Below are positions 1 through 11,530 of a stretch of 64,000 bases of DNA, one piece after another. Each line of letters starts with the position of its first letter. Positions within the stretch are counted from its first letter, which is position 1. The notes below the pieces were generated by a model, which had not been told where the DNA came from, ran no database searches, and was given only the letters and a program-made list of their open reading frames with translations. The stretch is from Hyaloraphidium curvatum SAG 235-1 (taxonomy: Eukaryota > Fungi > Monoblepharomycota), in NCBI GenBank assembly GCA_025558095.1, contig JAIVFI010000032.1:372001-436000 (forward strand). The letters run 5' to 3'. The position numbers and the translations under genes were made by a program.

Positions 1-2552
1 AGCAGCGAGAGGTGCGACGAGGGATCGGCGAGAAGAGCGTCGTACGAGCCGCGTTCGGCCACGCGGCCGCCGGCAAACACGGCGACGGCGTCGCACAGCC
101 GGAGCGCATCCGTGCGGTGGCTGCGGAGGAGCACCGTTGGGCGGCGGCCAGGCCGCCGGACGACGTAGCGCAGCAGCTCGAGCTCCTCCTCGGCTGTGAG
201 GTGCGGTACGGGGTCGTCGAGGATCAGGATCTCGGGGTCCTTGTAGAGCGCGCGGGCCACCGCGATTCTGAGGGTCACCACAGCACGTTTCCAGTCAGAA
301 GACGTTCACCTGACTGCGCGCCGCGCTCGAACCCACCTCTCCCTCTCACCCTCCCCGAGCACCCACACGCTCGTCCCCGCCCCCCTCGGCAGGCTCCCCA
401 CCACCTCCCCCATCCCCACCGCCGCCAAACACTCCTGCACCCTCGCCTGGTCCGGCGCCTCGGTCCCCCCTCCCAATCCGTCGGCCACCGCCTCGGCCAC
501 GCTCCCCGTCAGCAGCGGCATCCCGCCAGCCGCCAGCGACACGGTCCTCCGGCGGAGATGGGGCACGTCGTACGACGCCAGCTCGACGCGGTCGACCCAC
601 GCCCTTCCCGCCTCGGGATCCGCCAGCCTCACCAAGATATCCGACAGGGCGCGCATCTCCTCGCCCCCGACGATCCCCAAAACCTCCCCCCGCGCCACCA
701 ACAGATCGCACGCGTCGAGCCCCGGCCGCAGCGCGATCCCCTCGAACGCAACCTCCCTCCCACCCCCGCCGGGCACCGGCTCGGGCACGAACCCGCCCAT
801 ATCGCTCCCCGTCGCCCCCACTATGCGCTCCTCGGCGAGCGCCACCAGCCCCGCCGCCGCCCTCCTCCCGGTCTTGATCTCCGCCAGCCGCCCGCGGAAC
901 CCTTGCGCGGCCGAAAGCCCGGCCGCGGCGCAGGCAAACACGCACAGCGCGGTGCCGGCGGACAGCTGTGCCGAGGAGGCGAGGGTGCCGGCGTACCATG
1001 CGGCGAGGGCGAACGAGCCGATGAGGAGGAAGCCGAAGACGGCGCGGGAGAGGGCGTGCCTGTGCGCCGCGCGTTCGGAAAGCAGGCTCGCGCCGCGGAC
1101 AAGGGTGTCGAAACGCGCCGAGGCGGCGGGCTGCGCGTCGGCGGAGAACACGGGGAGCAGCGAGGTGAAGGTCCTCAGCGCGTGCGAGGCGGCGGCGCGC
1201 AGGGCGGCGACGGAGGTGCGCGCTGCGCCAGCGGCGGAGCGGGCGAGGAGGAAGGTGACGGCGAATTGGAGGGGGACCAGGGCAAAGATGACGAGGGCGA
1301 GGCGCCACGAGCGGAGGAGGGCGACGGCGAGGGTGGCGATGCAGGTGGACGCGAGGGCGATGATGGAGGGGTACTGCAGGAGCGCCTTGCGGTAGAGCGG
1401 TGGGTCCCTGCGATGCGGAATCGAAGTGAGCGGAAATTGGGGACCGGCGGCGGTTGAAGCCCACCTCGAGAGAACGGTCCGCCACGCACGCTCACTCCCG
1501 TCGCGCCATCCCCCCAGCGACCCGATGGCGAGCAGGTGCGCCACCACGCGCCTCCGCAGCTCGCGCTCCTTGTCCATCGCCCACTGCTCCCACATCCATT
1601 TCCCCACGCCCGCCGCTATGGCCGCGCCGGCGCCGATCGCCGCCAAAGCCCACGCGATGTAGTTGATCTGCTGGTTGAAGGGCAGCACGGGCAGCCTGCC
1701 CAGGGAGTACTTTGCGAGCAGGTCGAAGGCCAGCCCCGCGTAGAGCGCCAGGATCGCCGGGAGAGCGCCCAGGGCCACGGAGAGGATGGTCGGGATCACG
1801 GGCGGCAGCGGCATCTTTGACCAGGGCAGCGGGTCCGGCAGGCCCAGCTTGGCGGCGGCGGGGCCGGCGGGGATCAGCTCCTTGATGCCCTTCAAATTGA
1901 GGGCGGGCATGGAGGGCAGCGAGGGCAGCGACGGCAGGGCGGGGAGCAGCGGCAGCTCGATCATGGGACGGGTGGCCTGGCTGCGAGCCGTGGGCGGGGT
2001 GGGGTGCGAGGCCGGCGAGCCGTACGACGTGTACGAGTCCGGAGTGGGGTAATCGTCGACCTGCGGCAGCTCGACGACGGGCATCTGCGGCGGCGGCTGC
2101 GCGGGCTGCTGCTGCGGCGGGAGCGGGCGGGGGCCGGCCAGCGGCAGCCCCCCCTGCGCGGCCGCCGACGGCTGAGCGCCGAACGTCGGGAAGATCGGCG
2201 CGACGAGCGGCGGCTCGATCGGCGCGGGCGGCGGCACGTTGTTCGACGCGGCGGTGCGCGCAGAGTCGGCCGGCGAGACCGGCCGCGAAGTGACGGGCAC
2301 CGGGGGGGCGGGCGCCGGCCGCGGGCCGAACGGCGCATCGCCCGCGGCAAACGGCACGGCCGGCGCGGGGGCCGCCGGCTGAGCTGCGGCTGCGACCGCG
2401 GGCGCCGCGGCGGGCGGCGGCGGCGCCGAACTCAGCGGGGCCGCCGGCGCGGGCGTGGCCGGCGCGCCGCCCCACGCGGACCGCCACAGCTCGGAGTCGT
2501 CGCCGTCGTCGGACGACAGCGTCGACGACATCGACCGCAGCGTGGCAGACAT
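1..2552 (-). CDS. ABCB (MDR/Ste6-like) ABC transporter with long Pro-rich N-terminus and degenerate NBD; runs off the window start
   Basis: ORF 306..2552 has a TM domain ('ALLRSWRLALVIFALVPL', 'ALAAWYAG'). After an intron (~268-336) it continues 'RIAVARALYKDPEILILDDP...SHRTDALRLCDAVAVFAGGRVAERGSYDALL'. Another likely intron lies at ~1408-1465. Confidence 0.75.
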
Positions 2553-3470
2553 CGGGAAGGGGTGGGGGATCTCCGCCGCAGTGCTCGGTCCCTTGCAATA
2601 GGAAAACCCCTAACCGTCCTGCGCGGCAATAGAGGCACGGGGATGATGAGGGAAACGCGTGCTGTCCCGTCCCGTCCCGTATCCGGTGCTCAGGGCATTC
2701 CTGACATGGGGCGCACGGCGCATGCGCGGTGCGTCCGGCGGCATGGTCAAACAGCTCTTTCTGGAGAGGCTCGCACTCGTCGCGCGAGCCATCAGAGAAG
2801 TCCTCCTGCCGTCATTGCCCTCGTCCCGGTCCCGGCACTCCGATGGATGACCAAGCTCCTCGTCCGCGGATGCTGGGTGCGCCATTCAGAGATGAGGAGA
2901 ATCCGGCCTCTGATGCGGTCCTGTCCTAGGCCGGATGCGTGCACAGCAGAGGCTGCCGCTACAATTGTGTGCACAATTGGACCGTCTGTGACCAGCGGCA
3001 AACGTGAGTGATGGTCAAACGCATCGCACCCCCGGTCGACGTCCAGTCCGTGCGGTGGCCACTGCTTGCAGTCCGTCCCGTCCATCCGCGGTCCGATCTT
3101 GTGCGCGGATGGAAGGGCGAGGTGCAGAGAAGCCGGCAATCGCGAGAAGATCCTTGGAAGGTCCGATCGGCCCCTCCGCGTCCCGAAGGCACAGGCTTCC
3201 AGGGCCGTCCTCCGAGCGCGGCGGGCCACGCCGCATACTCGAGGTTGGCGACGGTGCCGTCGAACGTCCGCTTCCCGTCTCTCTGGTGAAGCAGCCGCCA
3301 AAAGGTTAGCGGCGAGCCTCTGCCCTACACGGAGTACTGGGGAGGGACATGATCAAGCAGTTCTTCCGCATGCACACCAAACGAGGAAGGGGGTTACCCG
3401 CCCGAGGCGGCCGCGGTCATCGATTGGCAGATCAGTGCGTTCGAAAGGAGTCTACTCTGAGGTTCACGAT

Positions 3471-3506
3471 CCCGCTGAGGCTCGCGACCCCGCTGAGGCT
3501 CGCGAC
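3471..3506. repeat. Short tandem duplication (cccgctgaggctcgcgac x2)
   Basis: Directly visible 18-bp unit repeated twice just past the stop of the 3523..5031 gene. Confidence 0.7.
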
Positions 3507-3522
3507 CGGCTCGCCGACGCCT

Positions 3523-5031
3523 TCATCCCGGACAGACCGTCTGGAGGGTGAAGCTCACCCCTGCACCCCGGAGTAGCGTCCACATCGCGACCATCACCGT
3601 GACGAAGGTAACGGCGAACCCTCTGACGACCGAGTAGGTCACTTTGAAGCCCACAAAGGTCCCCTGTAGCCCGTCTGTCCTCCCAAAGGCATCCAGCAGC
3701 TCCGCGTGGTCCCGCAGCACGCGCTCCACTGCCGCGGGGGGCCGGTCCGCCGCCGCCACGAGGATCCGGGTGCGGTTTTTGCGGTACAGCTCTGCCACCT
3801 GGTCGATCTGCCCGTTGGCTGCGGCGATGTTAAGCATATCCTGCACCAAGAGCACGGGGATGAGGACCACGAAGGAGAGGATCCAGGCGTTGACGCAGCC
3901 CGCGCCGGCGGCGGTGACGACGCCGCACGCGAGCACAAGGGGAAGGAGTCCAATGGTCGTAGCTCGGCCGGTGGAGAGGTGCTCCAGCTCCGCGGGCCAC
4001 ACCCGCGCGAGGGAAAAGTGCAGCCGCACGTAGGGTTCCCTGGCCGCCGGGGCCGGCAGCTCGCCCGTCCGCGCGCAGGAGGCGAGCCGCGCGAGGGTGT
4101 CGCCGAGCAAGATATCCGCGGCGCGGCGGCGGAGGCGGCCCTGCAAACGGAGCAGAGCGACGCCAGGCGCGCTCCAGAGCCTGCTAAACCTTGAGTGGAG
4201 CACATACACGAACCAGTTGATCAGCCAGGACACCGTGACACACGCTATGGCCCAGGGGGTGGCCCGGAGGAGCGGGCCAAAGGTGAAGACAAGCGTCCAG
4301 ACGACGAAGATCTCGGCGGAGAGCTCGGAGACCAAAGGAGGGATGATGGCCAAGACGCGCAGGACAGCTGCCTGACCGGGCAGTGACCCGCTGCATGGGC
4401 TGCGCGGACACGTGCAAGCCGGGTCGCCGTCCCGGTGGGCGACCAGGGGCGAAGGGTCGGCCAGGAGCTGCCTCCACCGCACGAGGACTGCCATTGGGTG
4501 CCCGTTTACGAAGGGCTGCCAAAGCACGTCCCCACCGGCAAGTAACCCACGGATGCCGTAGACGATGACTCCTCCAGCCAAGAGCGCGATGGCGGCCGTG
4601 TAGACTGCGACATGAAGATGACTGAAGGTGCCCGCGACGTCGTTCAGGATCCAAGTGGGCGGAACCAGCAAGATGTGGCCCACAGCCACGGCCAAGAGGC
4701 GGATTCCCGTCCACTTGGTCAAGCCGATCGTCGCGAGGTGCAGCCGGGTGCCGGCCTGGAGGAACCTGTCGTTGTCCAGGCCGGCCACCAGCGACGCAGC
4801 GTCCAGCTGCTCGGGCGCCGGGCCCGAAGCGCCGCCGTCCTCCAAGTTGCTGTCTGAAAACTGCTGGAGAACCTCCGCCGCGCCGCCCGTGCCAGCCGTG
4901 CCGGCCGGGAAGAGCGCAAGCTCGTCGGCGGGCGAGAGGCGGAGCGGCCCGGCGGGGTCGGGATCGCGGACGGGACGGAGCGGGACCGCCGCCTCGTCGC
5001 TCTCCTTCTCCATGGGTACGTCCTTGTGCAC
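3523..5031 (-). CDS. Uncharacterised 7-TM membrane protein, family copy 1 (candidate OR/GR-like 7TM ion channel)
   Basis: Intronless 502-aa ORF with about 7 hydrophobic segments. Motifs CTCPRSPCSG, AAANGQIDQVAELY and GFKVTYSVVRGFAVTFVT..WTLLRGAGV are shared with the genes at 39631 and 58011. Confidence 0.75.
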   Translation of the reverse strand: MHKDVPMEKESDEAAVPLRPVRDPDPAGPLRLSPADELALFPAGTAGTGGAAEVLQQFSDSNLEDGGASGPAPEQLDAASLVAGLDNDRFLQAGTRLHLATIGLTKWTGIRLLAVAVGHILLVPPTWILNDVAGTFSHLHVAVYTAAIALLAGGVIVYGIRGLLAGGDVLWQPFVNGHPMAVLVRWRQLLADPSPLVAHRDGDPACTCPRSPCSGSLPGQAAVLRVLAIIPPLVSELSAEIFVVWTLVFTFGPLLRATPWAIACVTVSWLINWFVYVLHSRFSRLWSAPGVALLRLQGRLRRRAADILLGDTLARLASCARTGELPAPAAREPYVRLHFSLARVWPAELEHLSTGRATTIGLLPLVLACGVVTAAGAGCVNAWILSFVVLIPVLLVQDMLNIAAANGQIDQVAELYRKNRTRILVAAADRPPAAVERVLRDHAELLDAFGRTDGLQGTFVGFKVTYSVVRGFAVTFVTVMVAMWTLLRGAGVSFTLQTVCPG

Positions 5032-6090
5032 AGCGTGGTCCTTTTTCGGGCCCTGGCTCTTCGGCGGGAGATTGTGGAAGGACCCGTGGGTGACAGATCT
5101 TAGCTAGAGGCGCCAAGAAACCCGAGGTGCACTTCCGGGCCCCTGCTGGACGACGACTCGGCTATCGATCTCTTCGCCACGTTCGCTCACTACATCGCCT
5201 GACCCCCGCCCCGCCCGACCTCTGTTTGTTTGACAAACTCTGCGTCCAGGAGACCGTGCGGCTCAACAACTATAACGACCAGCTCGCGTCCTCGGGCCGC
5301 TATACCCACTACTACGGGGACCAACAGTGCCAAAGTGGTACTGAAGAACCATCACCCCAAGGGCAACGGCGCTCCGGCACCGTCGGCTCGTCCCACGGCG
5401 AGTGAAGCTGCCGAAACGACCTCCCCACACTGCGCGGGTAGCAGTCGAGCCCTCCGGGCAGTCCGGGGCGCGGTCCGCAGCCCCTCGTGTGCACAGTCGG
5501 GCCAGGGTGACGCTGGAGAACAGAAGAACGGAGGCGTTGTTGCATGTATGCTGACTCGGTCCGCCCGATCATGATGCCCATCCGGGAGTCGCACTCCAAG
5601 GCATGCCCATCCGCGCCAGCTGACTCGAGTCCGAAACGGCAGCGAGTCCAAGATCGTTCCGTCCGCTGGGGTCTCCGTCCGGCCCGCGTTTCTCCGGTCG
5701 CTGTTCGTCCGGTCGCCACGGGACCCGCGACAGCGAACTTGGCCGGCGCCGCGCGGCCGCCTTCCCTGCGCTCTTTAAGCGCAGGAGAGCTTCGTCCTCT
5801 GCGGGCACACCGAAACGGGGAGGCGGCCGCCGGAGGAGGACGAGGGGCGCAAACGTGGAGTGCGACTACTCATCGGAGCGGAAAGCCCGCAGCTTTACTG
5901 TAACTCGGCCGCACCACACTTCGCTTGACTCGGATGACAGCAAAAAGCACGGTTTGTACTGAACTCAGAGAAAGCACCATTTCTGCGCAACATCCGCCTT
6001 CATCCAGCAGTCAGGTTGGTCGGTCGGGGCATGCACGTCGTGCTAATGTCCCCGCACGAACTTCCTTCACCATCAGCCCAATGCGTTGCT

Positions 6091-7077
6091 TCAAAGCCTC
6101 GCCATCATGTCCCTGCCCGGGAACGGATCCCCGTCCTTGACCCCCGCGTACCCGTCCATGACCACGCCCTGGTCCTCCTGCGACGCCCTCCCGTCGTACA
6201 CCACGTCGGGCCCCATGAACCTCAGCGACACCCTCCGTGACCGCATGCCCTTGTCGACGCCCGCGCCGCCGTGCAGGATGGACAGGTGGAAGATGAGCAG
6301 GTCCCCGGGCTGCAGGTCCCAGGCCACGATGTCGTAGGCGGCACGGTTGGCCTCGATGTCCGGCAGCCGCGGCAGCTCAGAGTCCTTGTACAGAGGTTCC
6401 GTGTCGTCGTCGGGAGAGAAGGCGGAGCCGTTGAAGAGGATGCCTTTGTGGGAGCCGCGCACGAACTCAAGCGAGTGCTTGGCGGACAGGGGGTCGAGCG
6501 AGATCCAGATCGCCACTTGCTGCGAGCCGCGGGTGCGGAGGCTGGGTAAAAGCAAATTGTCAGCGCTAGGACGTTGCTCCGACGTCCGCCGGTACCCACT
6601 AAGGCGAATCCTGCGTAGAGAGCGGGGTTAGACGGATGGTCATGGCACGTGCTCCAGAAGACCCACCTGGTGCCACGGTGTCCTGCGCACGGCGCCGCCC
6701 TCCTTCTTGAAAAGCTGCTCGTACATGTAGCGCACCTCGTCGTGCTGGCCCATGCCCCACAGCGCGCGCACGATGGTGTCGATGCCGGCAGCCCGGGCGA
6801 TTGGAGCCATCTTGTTTGTCTTGTCCTCGAAGAAGACCTCGGGGCTGCCCTCCTTGCCGAAGAGGTTGTTTGCGGTGGGGCTCGGGTTGGCGAAGGCGTG
6901 CTCGCACGCGGCCTCGATCCGCGCGAGGCCGTCCTTGGTCAGCGCGCCGCGGAGGCACACCACGCCGTCGCGCTCGAGCACGCGCGCGGCCTCGGCCCAG
7001 TTCTGCGGGGGCAGCGCGGAGAGCGGCACCGGCGGCGGCAGCTGCGGCGGCGCCTCGGGCGCGAACACGGACGCCAT
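6091..7077 (-). CDS. PhyH-family Fe(II)/2-oxoglutarate dioxygenase (3 exons)
   Basis: Exons 7077-6667, 6610-6600 and 6541-6091 give 'RRTPWHQ|DSPY|LRTRGSQQVAIWISLD...LEFVRGSH...PGDLLIFHLSILHG', an HxD...H triad. Confidence 0.85.
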
Positions 7078-7329
7078 CGCTCGGAGTTCGTGGAGGGTGG
7101 CGAGCGGGGGACAGAGTCCACTGAACGTCCGCGTGGCTGATTTTCGCCACCTCGCCACCCCGACGAACCGTCCGCTCGTGACCGACTCGCGAAGGCGGCC
7201 GCGAGCGAGTCTTCGCCGATCCGCACGCCGCGAGGGATACTTGGGCAATCTCACATGATCGGCAGCGCGCGAATCTGATCCCCGTTCTTCAAAATCTCTT
7301 CCACCTTGCAAGAGTACAGATTATTCGCT

Positions 7330-10300
7330 TCACCAGCTCAGCAATTCCTCCAGCTTCGCCACGTCCGCGTTGGACCTGTCCAGGTCCGCCCCGTTCTTGA
7401 GCCGCCGGAAGAAGATGTCGCAGTCCTCGTTGGTGCAGAGCACCTCGTCCACACGCGAATGCTGGCACTGCCTGCAGATGCTGTGCAGGTACGCGGATTC
7501 CTTGGCGAGGCCGGCGAGCTCCGAACCGAGGGTGGAGTAGATGATGGAGCGCTGCAGCGGCAAGTCAGGAGAGAGCAGGTCCGCATGGCAATCGAAAGCA
7601 CTCACCGAGGGCATGCATTCTTCGCAGAGCGCCTCGCCGCCCTTGGTCAGCTTCCGGCACCAAGTGCAGTTGCTGGTCTCGGCCGACTTGGAGAAAAAGG
7701 TCGCGATCGACCCCTTCCTCGGCGTCCCTGCGCTCCGCGCGACCACCTTGGTGTGGTCGCCCTTGAAAAGACTCTGCACTTCAGTCGGCGGCAGAATGAG
7801 TTCGAAGAGGCGCGTGAGCTGGTTCTCGATCTGGTGCGTCAGGTAGTAGGGATAGTCGAGCGGAAGCTCGTTGCGGAGCGCGTAAGCCGGGTCCTCGGAC
7901 TTTTCGAAGCCCTTGGCCGTGGCGGCGCCGGCAACGTAGACAAACGAGATGCTGGACGACGCAGGGAATCAACTCCTCAGCCGTGATTCCGGAATCGAGG
8001 CAATCAACCCACCGCTCGCCGTCCTTGAACTCCCGCCACGGCTCCCTCTTCCGCATGCGCTCGACCAACTCCACGTGAGGCTGCTTCGCCTTGTAGTCCC
8101 CGCTCTCGTTGCCCAGCCAGAGCCCCTTGGTGAGCACGAACTCGCCCGCGTGGTTCCTCCCCTCGAGCATCCTCCTGATGGCCCACTTCGTGTAGTCCAC
8201 CGCCCTCGCGATGTATCCCGCGCGCTCCGCCGGCGACACCTTGCCCGCGGGACCGTTGTCCTTGTCCCGGGCCATGAGGATGTCGACGACGTTCGTCATC
8301 ATGGTGATGAGGATGGGCGAGCTGTCGCGGCGCTGCGACTCGATGCCCTTGGCCGTCACGCCGTTCGGGGCGTCCGGGTTCGTCCACTCCATGGCGCAGT
8401 ACCGCTTGCGGTTGATCAGGAGGGAGGGGAAGAAGACGCTCTGGAACTCGAGCTGGATCGGATCCGGGAAGGTCTTGGAGACCCGCGCCGCTATGTCCTT
8501 GCCCAGCCGGAAGGCGTCCTTGACAGAGGTCTCGGGCAGGCGCACGAACAGGCTGTCGGTGTCGCCGTACACGACCGCCGCGTCCACCTCGAAGCCCTCG
8601 GCGCGGATGCAGGTGCGCTCGATTTCGTCCTTGGAAGCCTGGAGCATGGTCGCACCGCGCTTGATCGTGGTCTCGGCGCTGAACAAGACAACCACGTCAA
8701 CAATGACCCTCGCAGAAGGAAGCAGATGTCGACTCACATCGGCAAGCACTGCAAGGGCGACTCCCGGCTCCCTACGGCCCCGTAGATGGCATTCGCAGAC
8801 ACCTTGAGCGCAACCTGCCTCCCGTTGAGGATCGTCTTCATGACCGGGTCCGACGTCTCGGCCATCTGCTTGCGGACTTTGCGGCGCTCCTCCAGAAAGA
8901 TCTCGAGGATCGACGGCACGATCCCCTTCTTGACCTGCGCCGTGACAAAGTACGATTCCTCGGGCGCCATCCCGGCCTCGTACTGGTCATCCTGCAGCTC
9001 GCCGCGATCGCTCGGCTTGAGCAGCGTCGAGAAGCAAAGGTTGTGCGCGATGATGATGGACGGATAGAGCGACCGGAAGTCGAGCACGGCGACCGAGTTG
9101 GTGGTGTCGAAGCCGGCCTCGGGCATCATGACCAGCGATCCCTCCTGCATCTGGGACTCGTTGCGCTGCTTCTGCGTTGGGATAGCGACGCCGACCTGCT
9201 TGCAGTACCGGAACAGCTGGCACCAGAACCTGATCATCTGTCCCCTCTGGAAGGTGTTGCTGATGTTGAGCCCCGTCACGCGGGCTAGCTCCAGGTACGT
9301 GATGTAGGTCGCGCCGCGGCGGACGAGGTTCATGGCCGCGTGGACCTCGCGCTCGCAGTAGTCCACGAGCCGCTTGCGGCCCGCCCGGCCCTCGGAGCGG
9401 AAGAGCGAGGTGAGCACGGATTCGTCCAGCGTCTCCTTGGTCACGCCCAGCACGGCCGAAACGCAGTCAGCGAGGGTGTAGCTGCGCAGCCTCTCGTCGC
9501 GCTCGATGATCTGCCTCGAGTCCAAGACTGAATGGATGGAAGTCAGCGCGCGCTGGCCCTGGCCGCCCTTTTACCCACCGATCCGACCCGTCATGCTCAG
9601 CGTCACAAACTCGCGGTTGCTCGTGCTGGCCATCCTCCTCTGTCCCCTGACCCAGTCCGAGCGGTAGATCTGCTTCTTGCCGGTCTTGGTGTCGAGATGC
9701 GGGATCCTTCCCAGGCGGTTGAACACGAGCTTGAGCTCCAACGCCCGGGCCATGAGGACCGCAAACTGCTCCGTCACGTCGAATCCGGTTACAATATCGG
9801 GGTCGTACGCCATGAGCATGCTCTGGAAGCCGGCAAGCATCGACTTTTCGTCGGGATATCGAAGAATCCGGGTGCGTCCGTCGAGGTAGGGGTGCGAGGG
9901 CTCATAGTCCGAGTAGGTGTGGCAAAAGACGAGCACGACGTCGTTCTTGCAGGATTCGGGGGTGGATTCGGTGTGGTTCCGGGTCAAGAGCACCGTGATG
10001 ACGCCGACGAAACGGTCCGGAGATTCGGGCTCCGAACCCGTGTCCGTCGCCGCTTTGCTCGGAGTCTTTGCCGGAGTTGTCGTCTTCGACGCCACGCGGG
10101 AGCCCTGTCCCTTCTTCAGAGTCGTAAACGCGCTGGCCGCAGGTTTGGCTGCTGGCTCTTCCGGGCGCTCCTGCAGGAGCTGGGTCACCGAAACGGCCGC
10201 GATCCTGTGCTCCGCCACGGAAGACCATTCCAGCTCCGAGTGGTTCCTCGCGAGAATGTCCTCAAACTGGCACGTCACTCCGACCGAACACCGCGTCCAC

Positions 10301-11337
10301 ATGAAGTTGGTCCGCTGGTTCTTGGTCTCCAGCACGCGGTAGCGCCCCGCCCGCAGGGTGCACCACCCTCCTCCGACGAGTCCCGACTCGACCATGAAGC
10401 GAAGGTCGTGCGAGATGTTTGCCTCGTAGACCTGGGTGTCGTAGAGCTTGCCGGCGGCAAACATCTCGGCCAGGCCGGGGACGTTGTCGGCGGATTCCAG
10501 GAGCTTGGTAGTCCTGTTTATCATGTAGGGATTGGAGAGCCGGATCTGGATGAAGTGGCGGTAGGTGTCGCCCGCATTCGGCCGGTAGTACCTGTTGAAG
10601 AGTTTTAGCTTGCCGCAGACGTCCAGGAGCCAGAGAACTCACATCAAGGGATCGCGCTCAATCTTCGTGACTGAGTGGACAGTAATCTTGTTGTCCGCCT
10701 TCTCGACGGCTTTCCGGAAGGCACCCCCGTCTAGGCTGGGTGTGAGTTTCGTTCGAGAAGCCGAGCAACAAGACCAACCCTTGTCGACGTCGAACTTCCT
10801 CGTGACGGGGAACAGGAGGAAAGGGTAAAACCCAGACACGTACGCGGTCACCGAGTACCCGTCGGCAGTGATGCCAAACAGCCGAACCAGGGGCGAGCCG
10901 TCCGTGTTTGGGTTTGCGTTCCCCGCGCGGTCGCGAGATGCGTCCTCGACCTCCAGGACCTGGAAGGAGAGGTCGCCTGTTGGTTTCCAGCCCGTGGGCC
11001 GCACGACGTCCGCCCAGATGTCCGGTGTCGCCCAGCCGGCGGCGGGAGGCTGCCCCGGTCGCGCATCGGGTTCCTCGACCAGGTCGAGGTCCATGGCCTC
11101 CCCATCGTCCGCCTGACCCTCGGACTCCGACACATTGTCCTCGTCCAGCGCAAACACAGGCAGCTCATCCGCTGGCTCATCGTAGGAAGCGGCCTCGTCG
11201 TCTTCATCGCGGGGTCGCTTCCGCGACGGCTGTCCCCCGGACGTTGGTCCGGACCGAGGCTCGGGTTTGGCGCGGCCAGCGGCGTCCGACCCAGGCTTCG
11301 AGTATCTGAAGCGGTCGAACGGGTTGCTCGACGCCAT
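7330..11337 (-). CDS. DNA polymerase delta-like family B polymerase with degenerate proofreading exonuclease (multi-exon)
   Basis: Polymerase motifs VLDFRSLYPSIIIAHNLCFSTL, RQVALKVSANAIYG, VVYGDTDSLFV and LINRKRY. Pol-delta-type segments LRSYTL and KQPHVELVERMRKR. C-terminal CysA (CTWC..CEEC) and CysB (CRQC..CTNEDC). Confidence 0.88.
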
Positions 11338-11530
11338 AATGGTCGGCGCCCGCGGTAACGCGAAGTCCGACCTCCTTGTTTGTTGCGGGCCGCGCCATGG
11401 CGCGGAAAGCGGAGCGAACTCCGATAGAGGCGAACTTCCGAGGCGCACTGGATGTTCTGGCACTCCACCGGAGATCAGAAGATGATTTCAAGAGCATTAC
11501 CTTCAATGCGTTCCCCGCGGTCTGCAAAGA

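Noticed and set aside
12-1457. Many long antisense or alternate-frame ORFs (e.g. 12..1457 +, 49844..51499 +, 61316..63934 -)
   Set aside because: These are Arg/Gly/Pro-rich shadow ORFs caused by high GC3 in real genes on the other strand or frame, with no motifs.
7330-11337. Viral or Polinton/plasmid DNA polymerase (mobile element)
   Set aside because: It has multiple spliceosomal introns and a CysA/CysB tail typical of cellular delta/zeta, with no integrase, capsid or terminal repeats nearby.
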